The notes: generated from the sequence alone by a model not told the origin. A DNA stretch of 64,000 nucleotides from Phoronis australis (GCA_002633005.1 NMRA01001023.1:1-64000), one strand, 5' to 3'; counted from the first letter of the stretch, positions 13,201 through 25,546 are shown. Numbers and translations: made by a program.

Positions 13201-16200
13201 AGTCGAGTAACAATTGGACCCACGCATCGAGTCAATGAAAAACCAAAGGAGAAAAAACCAGGACAAAACCACGAGCAATAAATAATAAGCTGGGAAGGTC
13301 AAAGGTCGTAGTGCTACGTACCAAATCTGTGACACGATTACTGTGGCCAGAGAATTTCCTGATGATGTTTCGAGTTTCAATGTCCACAACACTGATGGTA
13401 TAGTTGGAGAGAGCTACAGCCAGCATGCAGCTTTAAGATAAGAAAATAGCATCTTGAGGCAGAAGGAATCTCATGGAGAGGAAAAATCAACACGACCTTT
13501 GGACATTTTTCGTAGTGCTGTTGTGTTAACCCAACATAAGTGTCTATTATTGTATATTCTTGTACATAAATGTTATACATGGAATAACTGTATAATCCTA
13601 ATTTTCACTTGATAACCACATCATTAAGGTTAAAAGTTTGACATTTTACTCAAAACTTCAAGTTTTAACTCGCATTCGCAGCTCGAATATAGGGGTCGTC
13701 CAGTGTGACCTTGGACTAGAAACTCACATGTATACACCACAATGTACTTGAGCACAGACAAATAGACAAATATAGTAGAACGGAAAATGCCAAAAAATTC
13801 ATATTCCATTTCAAGTACTAAGATTAGGCTACGTCCCCATGACCTGAAATCCAAACTTTTAACGACAATTAAGTTTCTATATTTCAACTGTTCTATTCAA
13901 GATGACTGTTATAGCTAGCAAACACTAACTGAGGAAACATGTGTTTAGGGTAAGGTATAGATTCGTTTCACATCGTTTTTTATAGCTTAAAGTGAATATA
14001 AAAAGTGTGGGACGATCCCGTACACTCTGAGACTAAATAAGAAAATCTCATTTGAAAAAAAATTGCCTTAAACACAGATGAGTGTCTCGCTAAACTTAGC
14101 ACTTGACAATGATCCCAGGAGGCAGTGTGACCTAGTGGCATAAGTGCCTAGTGGCATAAGTATCTGCTTTAATTACTCAAGGTCATGGATTGGAGTCCCA
14201 CTGCAGCACACTGCTAGACCCTTGAGTCAGGTCTCTAGCTCCTCAGCGCGGTTTTAACTACATGTTAATAAAGCATTGAAATATTTTCAGGTGATCAGTG
14301 CAATGGGTTCACCTGAACGGCCTGTGCACGTCTGGTACGAAGACCGCAAGCAATTATTTTTCATTTAATGATCCCAGCATTAAGGCCCAATTTTGAAATC
14401 TTGATCTCAATTTGTAGGTTCAATATAAAGGTCATCCAGTGTGAGCGTGAATTAGTAAGTTCACACCCTCTGTCCATTGGTTAGGCTATAAAAGCGTACT
14501 AGGTTCTTGTCTGCACCAGGGCTCACTTTGAAAACGGCACCCTACTAGGAAAAAGCTACCTGCCTGTATCAATTTCAGCCAAAGTCTTGAATGCCAAGCG
14601 AATGCATGCAAGCAAGATTTCAAATGCCACAACTTTTCAAGTTAGCCACAATCACACGATGACAGACAGACCAGGGACCTAGCCACAATCACACGATGAC
14701 AGACAGACCAGGGACCTAGCCACAATCACACGATGACACACAGACCAGGGACCTAGCCACAATCACACGATGAAACACAGACCAGGGACCTGTTTCATAA
14801 CAACTGACTCAAGTCTAAGTCAAAAATTTAGTCTTAGGATTCGCACAACTATATCTGAAAAATAACTAAATTTTACTTGAGCAAAAATACAAAGACTCTG
14901 AGAACATACACCTGTCTATTAGTTAGTGAAATAATTTCAATTAATTATTTCTAGACCATGATGAACTCACACTTACATTGCAAAACCATTATTCAGAAAC
15001 TGTAAAATGGAAGAGTTACTCAGTTAGACGACAGACTATAGTACATGGACCGCTAACTCTGTATACTTTCAATGGACGAAATCTGTGATCTTACACATAA
15101 GCCGTGACGGCACTATTCACTAGCAACACCTGGCAAAATAAGCAATTTTTACTTTTGGCAAGTATGTCGTCTGATTTTGCGTGGTCGGGTGCCAAAAGTA
15201 CTCACGATACCAACAGTTCTGTTATTGGAAGACTTTGAACAGCGTTTCAATGCCGAAAATTTTCCCCGTTGTACTGGACCGTAAAATAGATGCGGGAATT
15301 TCCCATCACAATACACGAACAGGAAACTGAAATTGGTAATTTAGGAGAGTGGCGCCTCCTATAGGACAGTATGCAAGAAAATGTCGGAGTTGCGAATCTG
15401 TTGTCTAAATCTATGGTTAGACCAAATTCCTATCTAAGTCTTAAGTATTTGTTCATGAAACAGATTCAAGGACCAACAACTCTTCCTTCTGGCTTCTATA
15501 CTACATTTCATAATGAGTACTTTTATATTCAGACCATTCGACAGTGCAACGACAAATCGTCTAAAGGAGGTTAATGGTTATGATGACTTCAAACACAGAC
15601 TCGTTATAGCTGTCCCTACCTTGCTTTTCAGTCATGTCATTGTATATACCATATAAAGGTTTTGATTTATTTTTAATTCAATTTGTAAATTCAATTTGTA
15701 AAATATTCATTTTAATTTAATGTAACTTAATTTAATTTATCTTTAGTTAATCAATTTTTGTTTGCTTTGACAGGAACATGCTGTATATTTACCTTTAGCT
15801 AAAGCATGTTTTGTATTTTATCCTCTATATATAAAGTTTATTATTATATTTATAATTATAATTATTATTATTATTACACATCAAACAAAAGTAAACTAAT
15901 TTCACGTTCTCACCTGTCTCGATGAAGACACATATGCTCCGCTGGACACCCCAGTTTCACCGCGTCCAGCAGTTGTTTACTTTTGAACTTCCAAAACTTT
16001 AGCTGACCGTCACCCTCCAGTGAGACTGTCAGTTGATTCAGGCCATCCACCACAACATCCCGGACACAGCTGTCATGAGCTGTCAGAGAACAGAGGTCGA
16101 TTAGGAGAGAACACACAGCTGACAAATAACTGGCAATTGCTATTGAAAGGTCATTAGGTCACGTGATGTGGCGTGCTGGCAAGATTTAAATGTTTGCAAC

Positions 16201-17155
16201 ATATTGAAAGGAAGTTATGTGAAATAAGTAACATGTTACTGTATTCAGCGCAAGAAAATATATCTTACAAAATGTCTATTTCAAACAAAGACTAAAACTT
16301 GTTCATATTAAATAACATGTCTTTACAAGTTCAACAATTAATTAGTTTAGCTTACAACTGTTTTAATGCTCCTGCCTTCTCAGTGTACAATTATGAAATA
16401 TAATTTGAGTAATCATTAACACACACAATAATAGTAATTTATACATCAACGCAGAGAGACATTAAAACTCAACAACTTCAGGACCATTATATGTTCAAGA
16501 GAAAAATAACACTACACAGTAAAACCAGTAGATAGTTACAACCTTTGGGATTGCCATAAGCTCCCCTGTGTATTCCTGATTGGATGTTGTAGCAGTCCAT
16601 GTGACCTGTGTTGTACCCAATGATGACAAAGTTACCACAGGAGGTGATGGCCACACACTGTCAACAATGAAGAACATGCCAGTATTGATCCTGCAATTAT
16701 TACACTAAAAGAGTTCTATACTGACCACGTTATTCCAATACTCATAAAACAATTATTACACTTGGGTATTCTTGAATAATCACCATAATCCAACAGAGAG
16801 AAGCAGGTGAAGGAGGGAGAGAAAGAGGGAGGGATGAAGAGAGACTGTTTTGCCAAATAATCACAGCAACTGCACCCTACTGCATGTCCCGTTTTTCCCG
16901 CACAAAGCAATGCCATTAACTTTGGCTTACACAATCAAAACCTTTAATCAAAAATAAAGATTAACACTAAAATGCAGCTTATATTAAAAGATATTTTTTA
17001 ATCTACCTGAGCCTCAACGTTCGTCATTGCCTTGAACCTATCATGTAGCAGCCTGTGCTGACCCATACTTGACCTCTGATAGTTCCAAGTAGTAACAGAA
17101 TCTAATCCGTGGTGGCAGGCGGCGATACCGTCCCAATCACTTTGCCGACTCATCT
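7233..17155 (-). CDS. WDR36: WDR36/UTP21 3'-half duplicate (5'-truncated; allelic copy or partial duplicate)
   Basis: Exons 17007-17155 (RQSDWDGIAACH..TTWNYQR; missing from the other copy because of its gap), 16543-16657, 15914-16079, 13322-13430, 12422 or 12428-12716, 11546-11694, 9774-9890, 9126-9201, 8316-8503, 7233-7382. Frames are intact. The upstream side ends at gap 17846. Confidence 0.88.
9432..9542 (-). ncRNA. Candidate intronic box H/ACA snoRNA (duplicate at 36950-37060)
   Basis: First hairpin AACTGT-CCTGAG-AGTCTA-AAA-TGGGCT-TGCCAA-ACAGTT, H box AGACAA 14 nt after the upper stem, second hairpin TGCAT..ATGCA, then ACA+3 nt. It lies on the sense strand of WDR36. Confidence 0.45.
14118..14330 (+). 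mobile_element. tRNA-derived SINE (second copy at ~41647-41845)
   Basis: A-box-like GTGACCTAGTGG and degenerate B-box GGATTGGAGTCCC. The body CACTGCTAG.CCCTT.AGTCAG.TCTCTAG.TCCTCAGC..GCAATGGGT is shared with 52458-52645. Confidence 0.7.
14643..14790. repeat. 37-bp minisatellite x4
   Basis: TAGCCACAATCACACGATGACAGACAGACCAGGGACC at 14643, 14680, 14717 and 14754. Only one partial unit is present in the duplicate region (~42157). Confidence 0.95.
14785..15466. mobile_element. ~680-bp MITE (TIR core CTGTTTCAT); counterpart at ~42185-42848
   Basis: Ends GGGACCTGTTTCATAA and TTCATGAAACAGATTC. The internal segment 14824-14900 is homologous, in inverted orientation, to 51901-51976. Confidence 0.6.
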
Positions 17156-18031
17156 CTGGAAAGCACATGGACTACTTTGTGACTGTTTGCACAACACTTG
17201 TGTCCCAATACTAATACACACTGGCCATTTTACAGACAGATGGAGATGTCACATAACAAAAGATTGTGGGAAACCAACCGATGATGACAGGGAGCGTGCA
17301 CCAACACTTCCTGCCACCATTAGTCTGAACGACGAGATATCCTACAAATTTCTAATCATTTAAAAGATTTATTCAACTGATGTAAAGAAATGTGGCTGCC
17401 TGACTCTCCCAGATGCATTTTCAGCAGAATACTGGCCATTCGTTTCACAAAGATAAATCCATGTTCAACAGCCTGTCCATAACGTTTTTGATCACGAAAG
17501 AGAAACCTTATACAAGAAACAGAAAACAATGATGGATGTTTTCACCGTTGTAACGTGCATCGTCACAAAGGACCAAGGGGAGGGTAATTAATGGTGAAAC
17601 ATATCTCTATGGTAACGGACATTTAGTACTTCTGAATCAGTAGACAATGCCAAAAACATTGCCCACACCTGTAACCACACACTATAAAACTCTTAATAAA
17701 CAAGAACATGATACAGCACCCACAATAAATTCTTCAAGCACTCAATTACTTTGACGAGCTTTGTCAAGGCATTGCCAAAACTGCATATGGTTTAACTTTA
17801 GTACCCGAGACAAAGTTTGTAATTGGAGGCATCATGTGTTTGTCANNNNNNNNNNNNNNNNNNNNNNNNNNNNNNNNNNNNNNNNNNNNNNNNNNNNNNN
17901 NNNNNNNNNNNNNNNNNNNNNNNNNNNNNNNNNNNNNNNNNNNNNNNNNNNNNNNNNNNNNNNNNNNNNNNNNNNNNNNNNNNNNNNNNNNNNNNNNNNN
18001 NNNNNNNNNNNNNNNNNNNNNNNNNNNNNNN

Positions 18032-19900
18032 NCATATGCCCAGTAATGTGTCTGTGTCGGGCTAGGTTGCAGTGGCCCGTCAAAATTTGAATGACGTGTC
18101 TTATACCCAATCTATCTAGACTCAGAAGGCTTTTTGAACCTTTTGGTTCGATCACGTTGGGAAAATTCTCCTTGGTTTCTCTGCAGGAGTTAAGTGATGC
18201 CCACTGGGCTGCTGACTGGGTATGTACCCAGTTGCGTATACTCATCCTGCAACATCCGTAAGATACCGGGATAGCAGGTTCAGGCACAAAATGCAGAACG
18301 CTTGCTCCTATCTTTGCGAGTCTGTCTGCATTCTCATTGCCATCAATTCCCACATGGGCCCTGACCCAGCGTATATTGACGGTTCTTTCAATTGCAAGCT
18401 TGTTAAGCTCATTAATACAAGCATTAACACAACGAGAGTTGACCCTTAGTTTCTTTAGGGCTTTTATTGCTGCCTGGCTATCTGAAAAGATGATAATTGG
18501 CCGATTGCCAAGTTCAGTGTTATATTGTTGTGCCAATTGAGCAGCTCTATTAATTGCAGTGATCTCAGCCTGAAACACCGTGGCAAGATTGCCCAACGAT
18601 ACCCAGTTTTCTGCATCTGCAACAGGAAGGCTTGGAAAGTAGACCCCAGCACCTGTCTGGCCATTTTCCAGTTTAGAGCCGTCCGTATAACAAACCACCT
18701 CATTCTTGTGTTCTGCGGTAGGCCATCCATCGCCAATTTCCGTGAAGAAATTGTTTGTATGATTTAAAGTTGTGACCTGGACATCACTAGGCATGTTCCA
18801 TAGTTGCCCAGTCTTGGCCATTAGCTTATTGCAAACATTCCTGTGGCTTCTGTGTGCAACGGAGTCAGGGATGTTAGTTTTTACCCACTGACCATTATAT
18901 TTGAGACGAAGTGTAGCAGATGCAGCTTCACCCTCAAGGTATATGTTCAGTGGTGGTAGACCGATTAGCATTTCTAGGGCTGCAGAAGGCGTTCCTGGAA
19001 AAGCAGATGTTATACACAAACAAGCTAGACGTTGCAGCTGCCTAAGTTTGTTGATAATTGTAATCTGTTTTAATGCCGTTACCCATATCGACGAAGCATA
19101 GGACATTAGAGGTCGGATAACAGCAGTATAAATCCAGAACATATTCTTGGGAGACATTCCCCAAGTTTTACCCAAGTTTTACCAACCGCACGACTGCATC
19201 TCACCAATGCAGATTTGGCTTTTGAGATTTTTTCTGTAATATGCGGGGTCCAGGAAGGACGATGGTGTAAAATGACACCTAAGTAAGTCGCCTTGTCTAC
19301 AAGATCAAGATGTTTACCATTCAGCGTTAAAGGCCTCATTGACCATTTAAGCTTCCAAGTGAACATAATCACCTTTGTTTTGCTATCACTAATTTCTAAG
19401 CCGACTGACTTAGCCCATGTGGCTGTTGTATTCAGTGCTCTTTGAGCAAGATAGCGACATGTGTCAGGATCGATGCTAGACACACTGAGAACAATATCAT
19501 CTGCATAGGCTTGAACATACAAGCTTGGACCCATGTCAGTAGATAATTGTTGAAGCAAACCATCCATAACCATGTTAAAGAGGGTTGGTGAGGCAGCGCC
19601 ACCCTGAGGTGTTCCTCTGGTGATGCGAACCGCCACACTCACATTGTCTAGACAAGCAGTCACAGATTGACTTCCAAGCATGTTAATGATCCACCTGGTA
19701 AGACACCTATTCACTTTAAAGTGGTTCAGTGCAATTCGAATCGCATCATGCTTAATATTGCTGAAAGCACCAACAAGATCAATGAAGGCACAGAGGGCAA
19801 ATTGTTTATTAAAAACAGCCCTTTCCAGTCTAGCAACCAGATGATGTAGAGCGGTCTACGTAGAGAAGCCAGGCCTATAAGCATACTGATTGTTCTGCAA
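18032..19900 (-). mobile_element. Decayed non-LTR retrotransposon ORF2 fragment (reverse transcriptase + RNase H; LOA/Lian-like architecture)
   Basis: RT motifs QYAYRPGFST, FIDLVGAFSN, GTPQGGAASP, VQAYADD and YLGV. RNase H motifs YTDGSK, FQAEITAI, IFSDSQAA and WVRAHVGIDGNENADRLAK. In-frame stop at 19856-19858 and a frameshift from an 11-bp duplication (cccaagtttta x2, ~19159-19181). 5'-truncated; the 3' end runs into the gap. Confidence 0.93.
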
Positions 19901-20257
19901 AGATTCTCAAAAACATCACAGCACCACTTACGGTATGATATGCTGAGGTTGTTAATTGTTTTTTTTTTGTTAATATTGTTATACTGTCGATAAAGCATAT
20001 ATTATATGTTGTGAATGGTTCTCTGAATTATTTATCATTTTGTTTATGTTGGCATTCACAGCGAGCACGTGACGTTACTACATAAAAAATAATCGAATCT
20101 TCTGTCCAAGAAATTAAGAAAATAAATGTAATTTTTTTAAATAAGTTTTTAATCGATCAGAAATCTCTGTCAATTAAAATGATTTTTGGTCTACGATGAG
20201 AGAAGATGATATTTTCTAAAGGAAAAGCCTAGTAAAAAACGAATGTCGCAAAATGGC

Positions 20258-20324
20258 TGAATTAGCAATACAGGTTCACGGTTGCACGTGTTGAATTAGC
20301 AATACAGGTTCACGGTTGCACGTG
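20258..20324. repeat. 34-bp tandem duplication
   Basis: TGAATTAGCAATACAGGTTCACGGTTGCACGTG occurs twice. Confidence 0.9.
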
Positions 20325-20977
20325 GTGAAATGTCAAGTACTGTTTAGGTAGCTTTTCAGTGTATCATTTTTACTCACTACCTAAAGTAAAATGTGTGACT
20401 CAAAGGCGCAAACAATGACATCTCAAACTACCCACACCCACACAATGATTTACATGCCCCGAAAAACACCATTTAAGCCGTTAGCAAGTAAAATCCGTGC
20501 CAAATAATCATTTATACAATTTTAACGAGGTTTGTCCTCCTGTCCAAAATTAGGCAGCTTCAAATCAATGCCAAGTGGCCATTCAATTCATGTTAAGGCG
20601 ATATCAATTTCTATTTTGAAAGATAAACTTTGGAACAAGTTTGTTAGATCTGGTTTCGTGACTTCTATGTTCAATTTGGGGGTGGACATAAAATGTACGT
20701 TCACGAATCATCACTTTTGTGACGCTCGTTTCTCGACTAGACTTTTTTTCTTCAAGTCGTATTCTTTCATCTTAAGAATTAAGATAAAGTTTATCGTTTT
20801 TAGAGGACGACGAAATTATCATGATGAAGTTAAAGTACATATACACATTAGGTGAAGTACCTATACATTGTACTTTATGGGAAAATTAAAAAATTGCGCA
20901 TTATTCATCAAATTACAAAGTCTTGTCCACGCTGAATAGATACATGTGTTCATTTGTCCAATCCTAAGCTGTGTCTG

Positions 20978-21010
20978 GTGTTGTTGCTGCTGCTGTTGTT
21001 GTTGCTGTTG

Positions 21011-21057
<47 letters not shown>

Positions 21058-21070
21058 ACTGGCTGCTGCT
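20978..21070. repeat. (TGT/TGC)n trinucleotide microsatellite
   Basis: About 30 consecutive TGY triplets, ~100 bp upstream of the paralog 2 exon 3 acceptor. Confidence 0.95.
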
Positions 21071-21171
21071 AACGATAACATTGACGATTGGCGATGTTTG
21101 TGATGATAAAGCTAAGCTACTGAAGACGATAGGCCTATACACAATATCTGTGCTTCCTGTTCATCATTAAG

Positions 21172-24021
21172 GCTCAACTGGAGATAAAGAAAAAGATCTT
21201 GGGTGTTTACGTGACCATTCCGTGCATAGACAACGTAGGCTCGTGCACCTACAAGGACATTTGTTCGATGATTCCCTTCAAGCCCGGCCAACCATGTCCC
21301 GCCCCTCTGCCGAAGTTCGGGTTACCCTGCACGTGCCCCTTTAACCAGGTAAGAAACGTGTTCCTAAATATTTGTTTTCAGTGGCGTTGCTAAGGGAGGG
21401 TCATAAGCTGACCGCCTAAGGGTGGCATCCCTAGCGGGTGCAGAAACACTGGTGAAGACTTGGGACTAGGGTGCGGAAAGTACAACGCCAGGAAGTAGGC
21501 GTGGGGGGAAGGGGTGAGTGGTTAGTGGCACCGTTATCTCCACCTGAGCGGAAATAATCTTAGCTACGCTACTGTCTCATTTATACCTATCGTAACTTAT
21601 TAACTATTCACGATTTTTCAGTGCAGATTTAAGACAACCTTGAGATAACCGTAATAAGCGGTCCTCAGTGTTTGTGATTTGCAGAAAATTGACTTGATCT
21701 CATGTAATCTCACAGCCCAGTGCTCCATCAGTACGAGGGTAACTTAGGCAATTAATCAGCTGCGTGGTTAGTATTAATGTCGGCTTAATCGGAAAATAAC
21801 AATACCGCTCGCCCCCTCCGGTCGCCAATAGATTTCACGCCTCAACTGTTTCAGTCCCCTTACTCCCCACAGTCGTCACAAATTTTTCACTCCCAGTCAA
21901 CACCTCGCGACATCCTCCCCTCGGGTATTACTCCACGTCTCTGGACGACTGTCTGCTGTCATCCAGATGTTAAAAAGTGAGCTTCACCCCGTCGTGAAAC
22001 TATAATTGTAGTGCTAACGACCGGCCGGGGTGCATGCAAAATCTGTGGGAATAAACCAATACTCACCTTGCCTGTTGCAGCTGTTCAAGTGGAAAAAAGA
22101 ACATCATTTTCCGCCTTTTGCGACAAAGAAAGCCCTGTTGTCGTTTTGGAAACAATGCGCTCGTGCCCCGCGCACGCGCCATTTCCTACTGAAATTTTGC
22201 GATATCTCTCGGGACATGATGACAGTTTCGTAGCAAATTGGGTTTGCTGGTATAAAATAATAAAAACTTGTAAGGAAACGAAACCAGTTCCGATTGTTAT
22301 GACATGTACGCAACCTCGTGGAAGAGAAGAACAGTGTTGATTGAAGAATCAGGGAAATTGGCCAATAGATTAGCAAAGACGCAGAAAGCCGACCCAAAAG
22401 AGCCCACCACAAATTTATCAGAAAATAAAGTTCAACGCCAATTTTTAACTTCGGTAAATAGTTAAGATTACTCAAGAAAAAGTTTTGTTTTTAATAACAT
22501 CATTAACTTTGGCGGCGACTGGCCGATGAAGAATATACGCTACGCAAGCCGGCCGGAGGGAGTGAAATTAAGCTGACGGACTGACGTCACCCAGGCCGTT
22601 TGCCGACGGACTTACGCCACCAAGGCCAGTACGAAACTGGCCACCCTTCCTCCGCGTCCGCGAAACAAAACGGCCCGCAAGAAAAAAAGAGAGCACCTCG
22701 AATCTAAATAGGGGGCCGGTGCACTACCTGGGACCAAGGCGGTGCCAAAACGGGCGCAACAAAGGTCTGAAGCTGAGCGGGGGAGACGGAATTTGTGTGA
22801 AGGATGCATTTTGCATTCATACTATACATTTTATATAATATATTTTATATAATAGATAAAAGACGGCTTGGAGCTCAAGGTTCAGTGCGTCCCGCAGACC
22901 GCAAGGCATTGGTTTGCAGTTACGAGGAATACCTTTGCAAATGGGCCCGCAAAAGTGAAATGAATCCCATAACTCAATACCTTAACACTTCACTCCACTC
23001 GCAAAACACTTGCACTTCAGCCGCGGGATTTTGCGAATTTTCGAGACATGCTAGATCTACGGAACGATCTCCAGGCATGGGTTTCTTAGACGAGAGAACA
23101 TCACGAAATAACAAGATCACAAGTGTCTACTGTTCAGTGCTCGAGTACCGGTACATGTAACACTGATGGGTTTCTAGTCCAAGTTCGTTATGAGATTCGA
23201 GTTACAAACTTGAGTATAAACTCGAGATTTCGAGTTCAAACTCAAATTTTAATTCTGGGGACATCATGTGCAGACTAGGATTACACAGTTATCCAGATAA
23301 GCCATAATGTAGTGGAGCACAGAACAATAGGTACTTATCTCGAGTTCGCACAACAGTAGAACGAAAAATGCCAAAAAAGTTTCGATTTCGATTTCGTGTT
23401 CAAAGATAAACCTCGGACTCAGGTTGTATGCAAACTCCACTCGTCCAAATTCGTTTTACAGAAAATTACAAGCGATGTTGATATATGACTTCGAGTTCAT
23501 TAAAACCTTCCTCGAACGGATATTCTGGTTGTATTTTAGAATAGAAGGAAGCACGATTTAAACACTCATCAAATTATATGTGCGCCATATCATGTGACCG
23601 CGGGAAAACTGCAAAATATCACTGTGCCTTGCAACTGAACACGCGTGTATCTTCTAACGTTTTCGCGATTATCTTTGGTCTACAGAACGCAGCCCGGCCA
23701 CCGGCGAAAATTCGGATGTGCCTAGTAACTTTGAATGAACTGAGTGTGGCGACGTAAAGGAAAGTCAGACAATAAGCGTCCATTACATTTGACAATTCAT
23801 GATGTGATGTTTTATGAGCTAAATTTACATAATGCCGTTCAAGTTAGACTTTGCGTTTGTCATTTCAGGGTTCCTACAGCTTACCTAAAACCACGGTGCA
23901 CATTCAGCCACCAGGGTCGCTGCCATCCTTCCTGGAGAGCGGCGATTATCAAGTGAAAGTAAACCTGATGCAGAAAGGAACACGAGTGGGCTGCTATGAA
24001 GTGCAGGCATCCCTGGCTTGA
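21172..24021 (+). CDS. GM2A: GM2 activator-like paralog 2, exons 3 and 4 only (21172-21348, 23869-24021)
   Basis: AQLEIKKKILGVYVTIPCIDNVGSCTYKDICSMIPFKPGQPCPAPLPKFGLPCTCPFNQ followed by gtaag, then cag followed by GSYSLPKTTVHIQPPGSLPSFLESGDYQVKVNLMQKGTRVGCYEVQASLA*. Exon lengths (177, 153) equal those of paralog 1 but the sequence has diverged. Exons 1-2 were not found in the window. Confidence 0.88.
21379..21574. mobile_element. Short hAT-like MITE
   Basis: TIRs CAGTGGCGTTGCTAAG and CTTAGCTACGCTACTG (14/16). No clear target-site duplication. Confidence 0.65.
23135..23410. repeat. Dispersed repeat family with fragments also at ~13650-13830, ~41168-41345 and ~56760-56885
   Basis: The reverse complement of 23140-23250 (TTTGAGTTTGAACTCGAAAT..TTGGACTAGAAAC..TACTCGAGCAC) matches 56761+ and 13700+. 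GTAGAACG.AAAATGCCAAAAAA is shared by 13774 and 23356. Confidence 0.6.
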
Positions 24022-25393
24022 TTCCTTCATTTGCGGGGCCATTTGCATGTACATCTACACCACTGCTTCATCATAGATACTCATATCTATAATCTATGGC
24101 TTCATAATACTCCTCTCTTTAGGTACTTAACGGATAATATCTTCTTAAAACTGCTTTGAGGTGATGATGTGGTAACGTTTATATAGTCCATAGGACAGAA
24201 GTTGGTGTAAAGAGGTCAGTGGATTTTGGCAATGATGTTTCCCTTGTCCATCTAATTGTACAATTCCATAGCATCAATGTTTCATGTCCGCGAAGGATCA
24301 CTGTCTTACTCAGTTCGGTAACTTGCCCACGGTTTGTAATATTCCCAGATTACAAAAGTGAGTGTGCTGGCACTTCATCGCCTAATCTCAACACAGGGTT
24401 TTAAGGGATTTTAGGGATTATGGAAAATTACCTGTGTCACCATACTAAAACTCTTAGTTTTGACCTTGGACCGTACCAACACGCACGTAACGTCGTCACT
24501 ACGACAAACATGTAGCAACACCTTCGACGATTCATCTGGGAAAATACAGAAACGTACAAAGATAGAAACTGAAATAAAAACATCGTAGGCCTATGGGTTG
24601 ATGACAAATGTTTTCGGACTCCTTGCTTTCGAGGGACGTATCCATTCATTTTGAGCCTCACACGTTTTTTATAGTTACTGTTTGCCTAAATATTGAAACC
24701 AAAAACTAAACGATTCAGTGAAATATATTTCAGTCACGTGTTGTGGTAGTCATGTACCACTGATTATTTCATGGCTCACAGTGCTATTTTACTATTACGG
24801 AACTCTTAGATAAATATGTCCCCGTGTTATCGTTATAGGGCTAGTAATGTGTCTCTTGAAATTTTAATTAATTTTTTATTGTTGTCGATAATCTGTGACC
24901 AGAGGAAAAACGTCTGTCCTTCGGCGTTTTACACNTCGATTTCGATTTCGTGTTCAAAGATAAACCTCGGACTCAGGTTGTATGCAAACTCCACTCGTCC
25001 AAATTCGTTTTTACAGAAAATTACAAGCGATGTTGATATATGACTTCGAGTTCATTAAAACCTTCCTCGAACGGATATTCTGGTTGTATTTTTGAATAGA
25101 AGGAAGCACGATTTAAACACTCATTAAATTATATGTGCGCCATATCATGTGCCTTACCACTGAACACGCGTGTAACTTCTAACGTTTCCGCGATTATCTT
25201 CGGTCTACAGAACGCAGCCCGGCCACCGGCGAAAATTCGGATGTGCCTAGTAACTTTGAATGAACTGAGTGCTGCGACGTAAAGGAAAGTCAGACAATAA
25301 GCGTCCATTACATTTGACAATTCATGATGTGATGTTTTATGAGCTAAATTTTCATAATGCCGTTCAAGTTAGACATTGCGTTTGTCATTTCAG

Positions 25394-25546
25394 GGTTCCT
25401 ACAGCTTACCTAAAACCACGGTGCACATTCAGCCACCAGGGTCGCTGCCGTCCTTCCTGGAGAGCGGCGATTATCAAGTGAAAGTAAACCTGATGCAGAA
25501 AGGAACACGAGTGGGCTGCTATGAAGTGCAGGCATCCCTGGCTTGA
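25394..25546 (+). CDS. Second copy of the terminal exon of GM2 activator-like paralog 2 (probable allelic overlap)
   Basis: Same protein as 23869-24021. Lies in block 24936-25817, which repeats ~23381-24290 immediately after the single-N join at 24935. Confidence 0.7.
   Translation, partial: GSYSLPKTTVHIQPPGSLPSFLESGDYQVKVNLMQKGTRVGCYEVQASLA

Larger units (their letters stand above)
1..16670. repeat. Large direct duplication: 1-369 = 24566-24934 and 489-16670 = 26935-44049
   Basis: Constant offset of 27518 over the core (e.g. 6128/33646, 12399/39917). Boundaries coincide with N-joins and gaps. Confidence 0.95.

Noticed and set aside
12918-14082. Words resembling the 5' ends of U11 (AAAAGGGCTTCT, 12918) and U12 (TGCCTTAAAC..ATGAGT, 14064)
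   Set aside because: Similarity stops after 10-12 nt, with no Sm site or expected stems.
14643-14790. 37-bp repeats resembling a CRISPR array
   Set aside because: Head-to-tail with no spacers, eukaryotic context and no cas genes.
20946-21170. Poly-cysteine ORF
   Set aside because: It is the intronic (TGY)n microsatellite.
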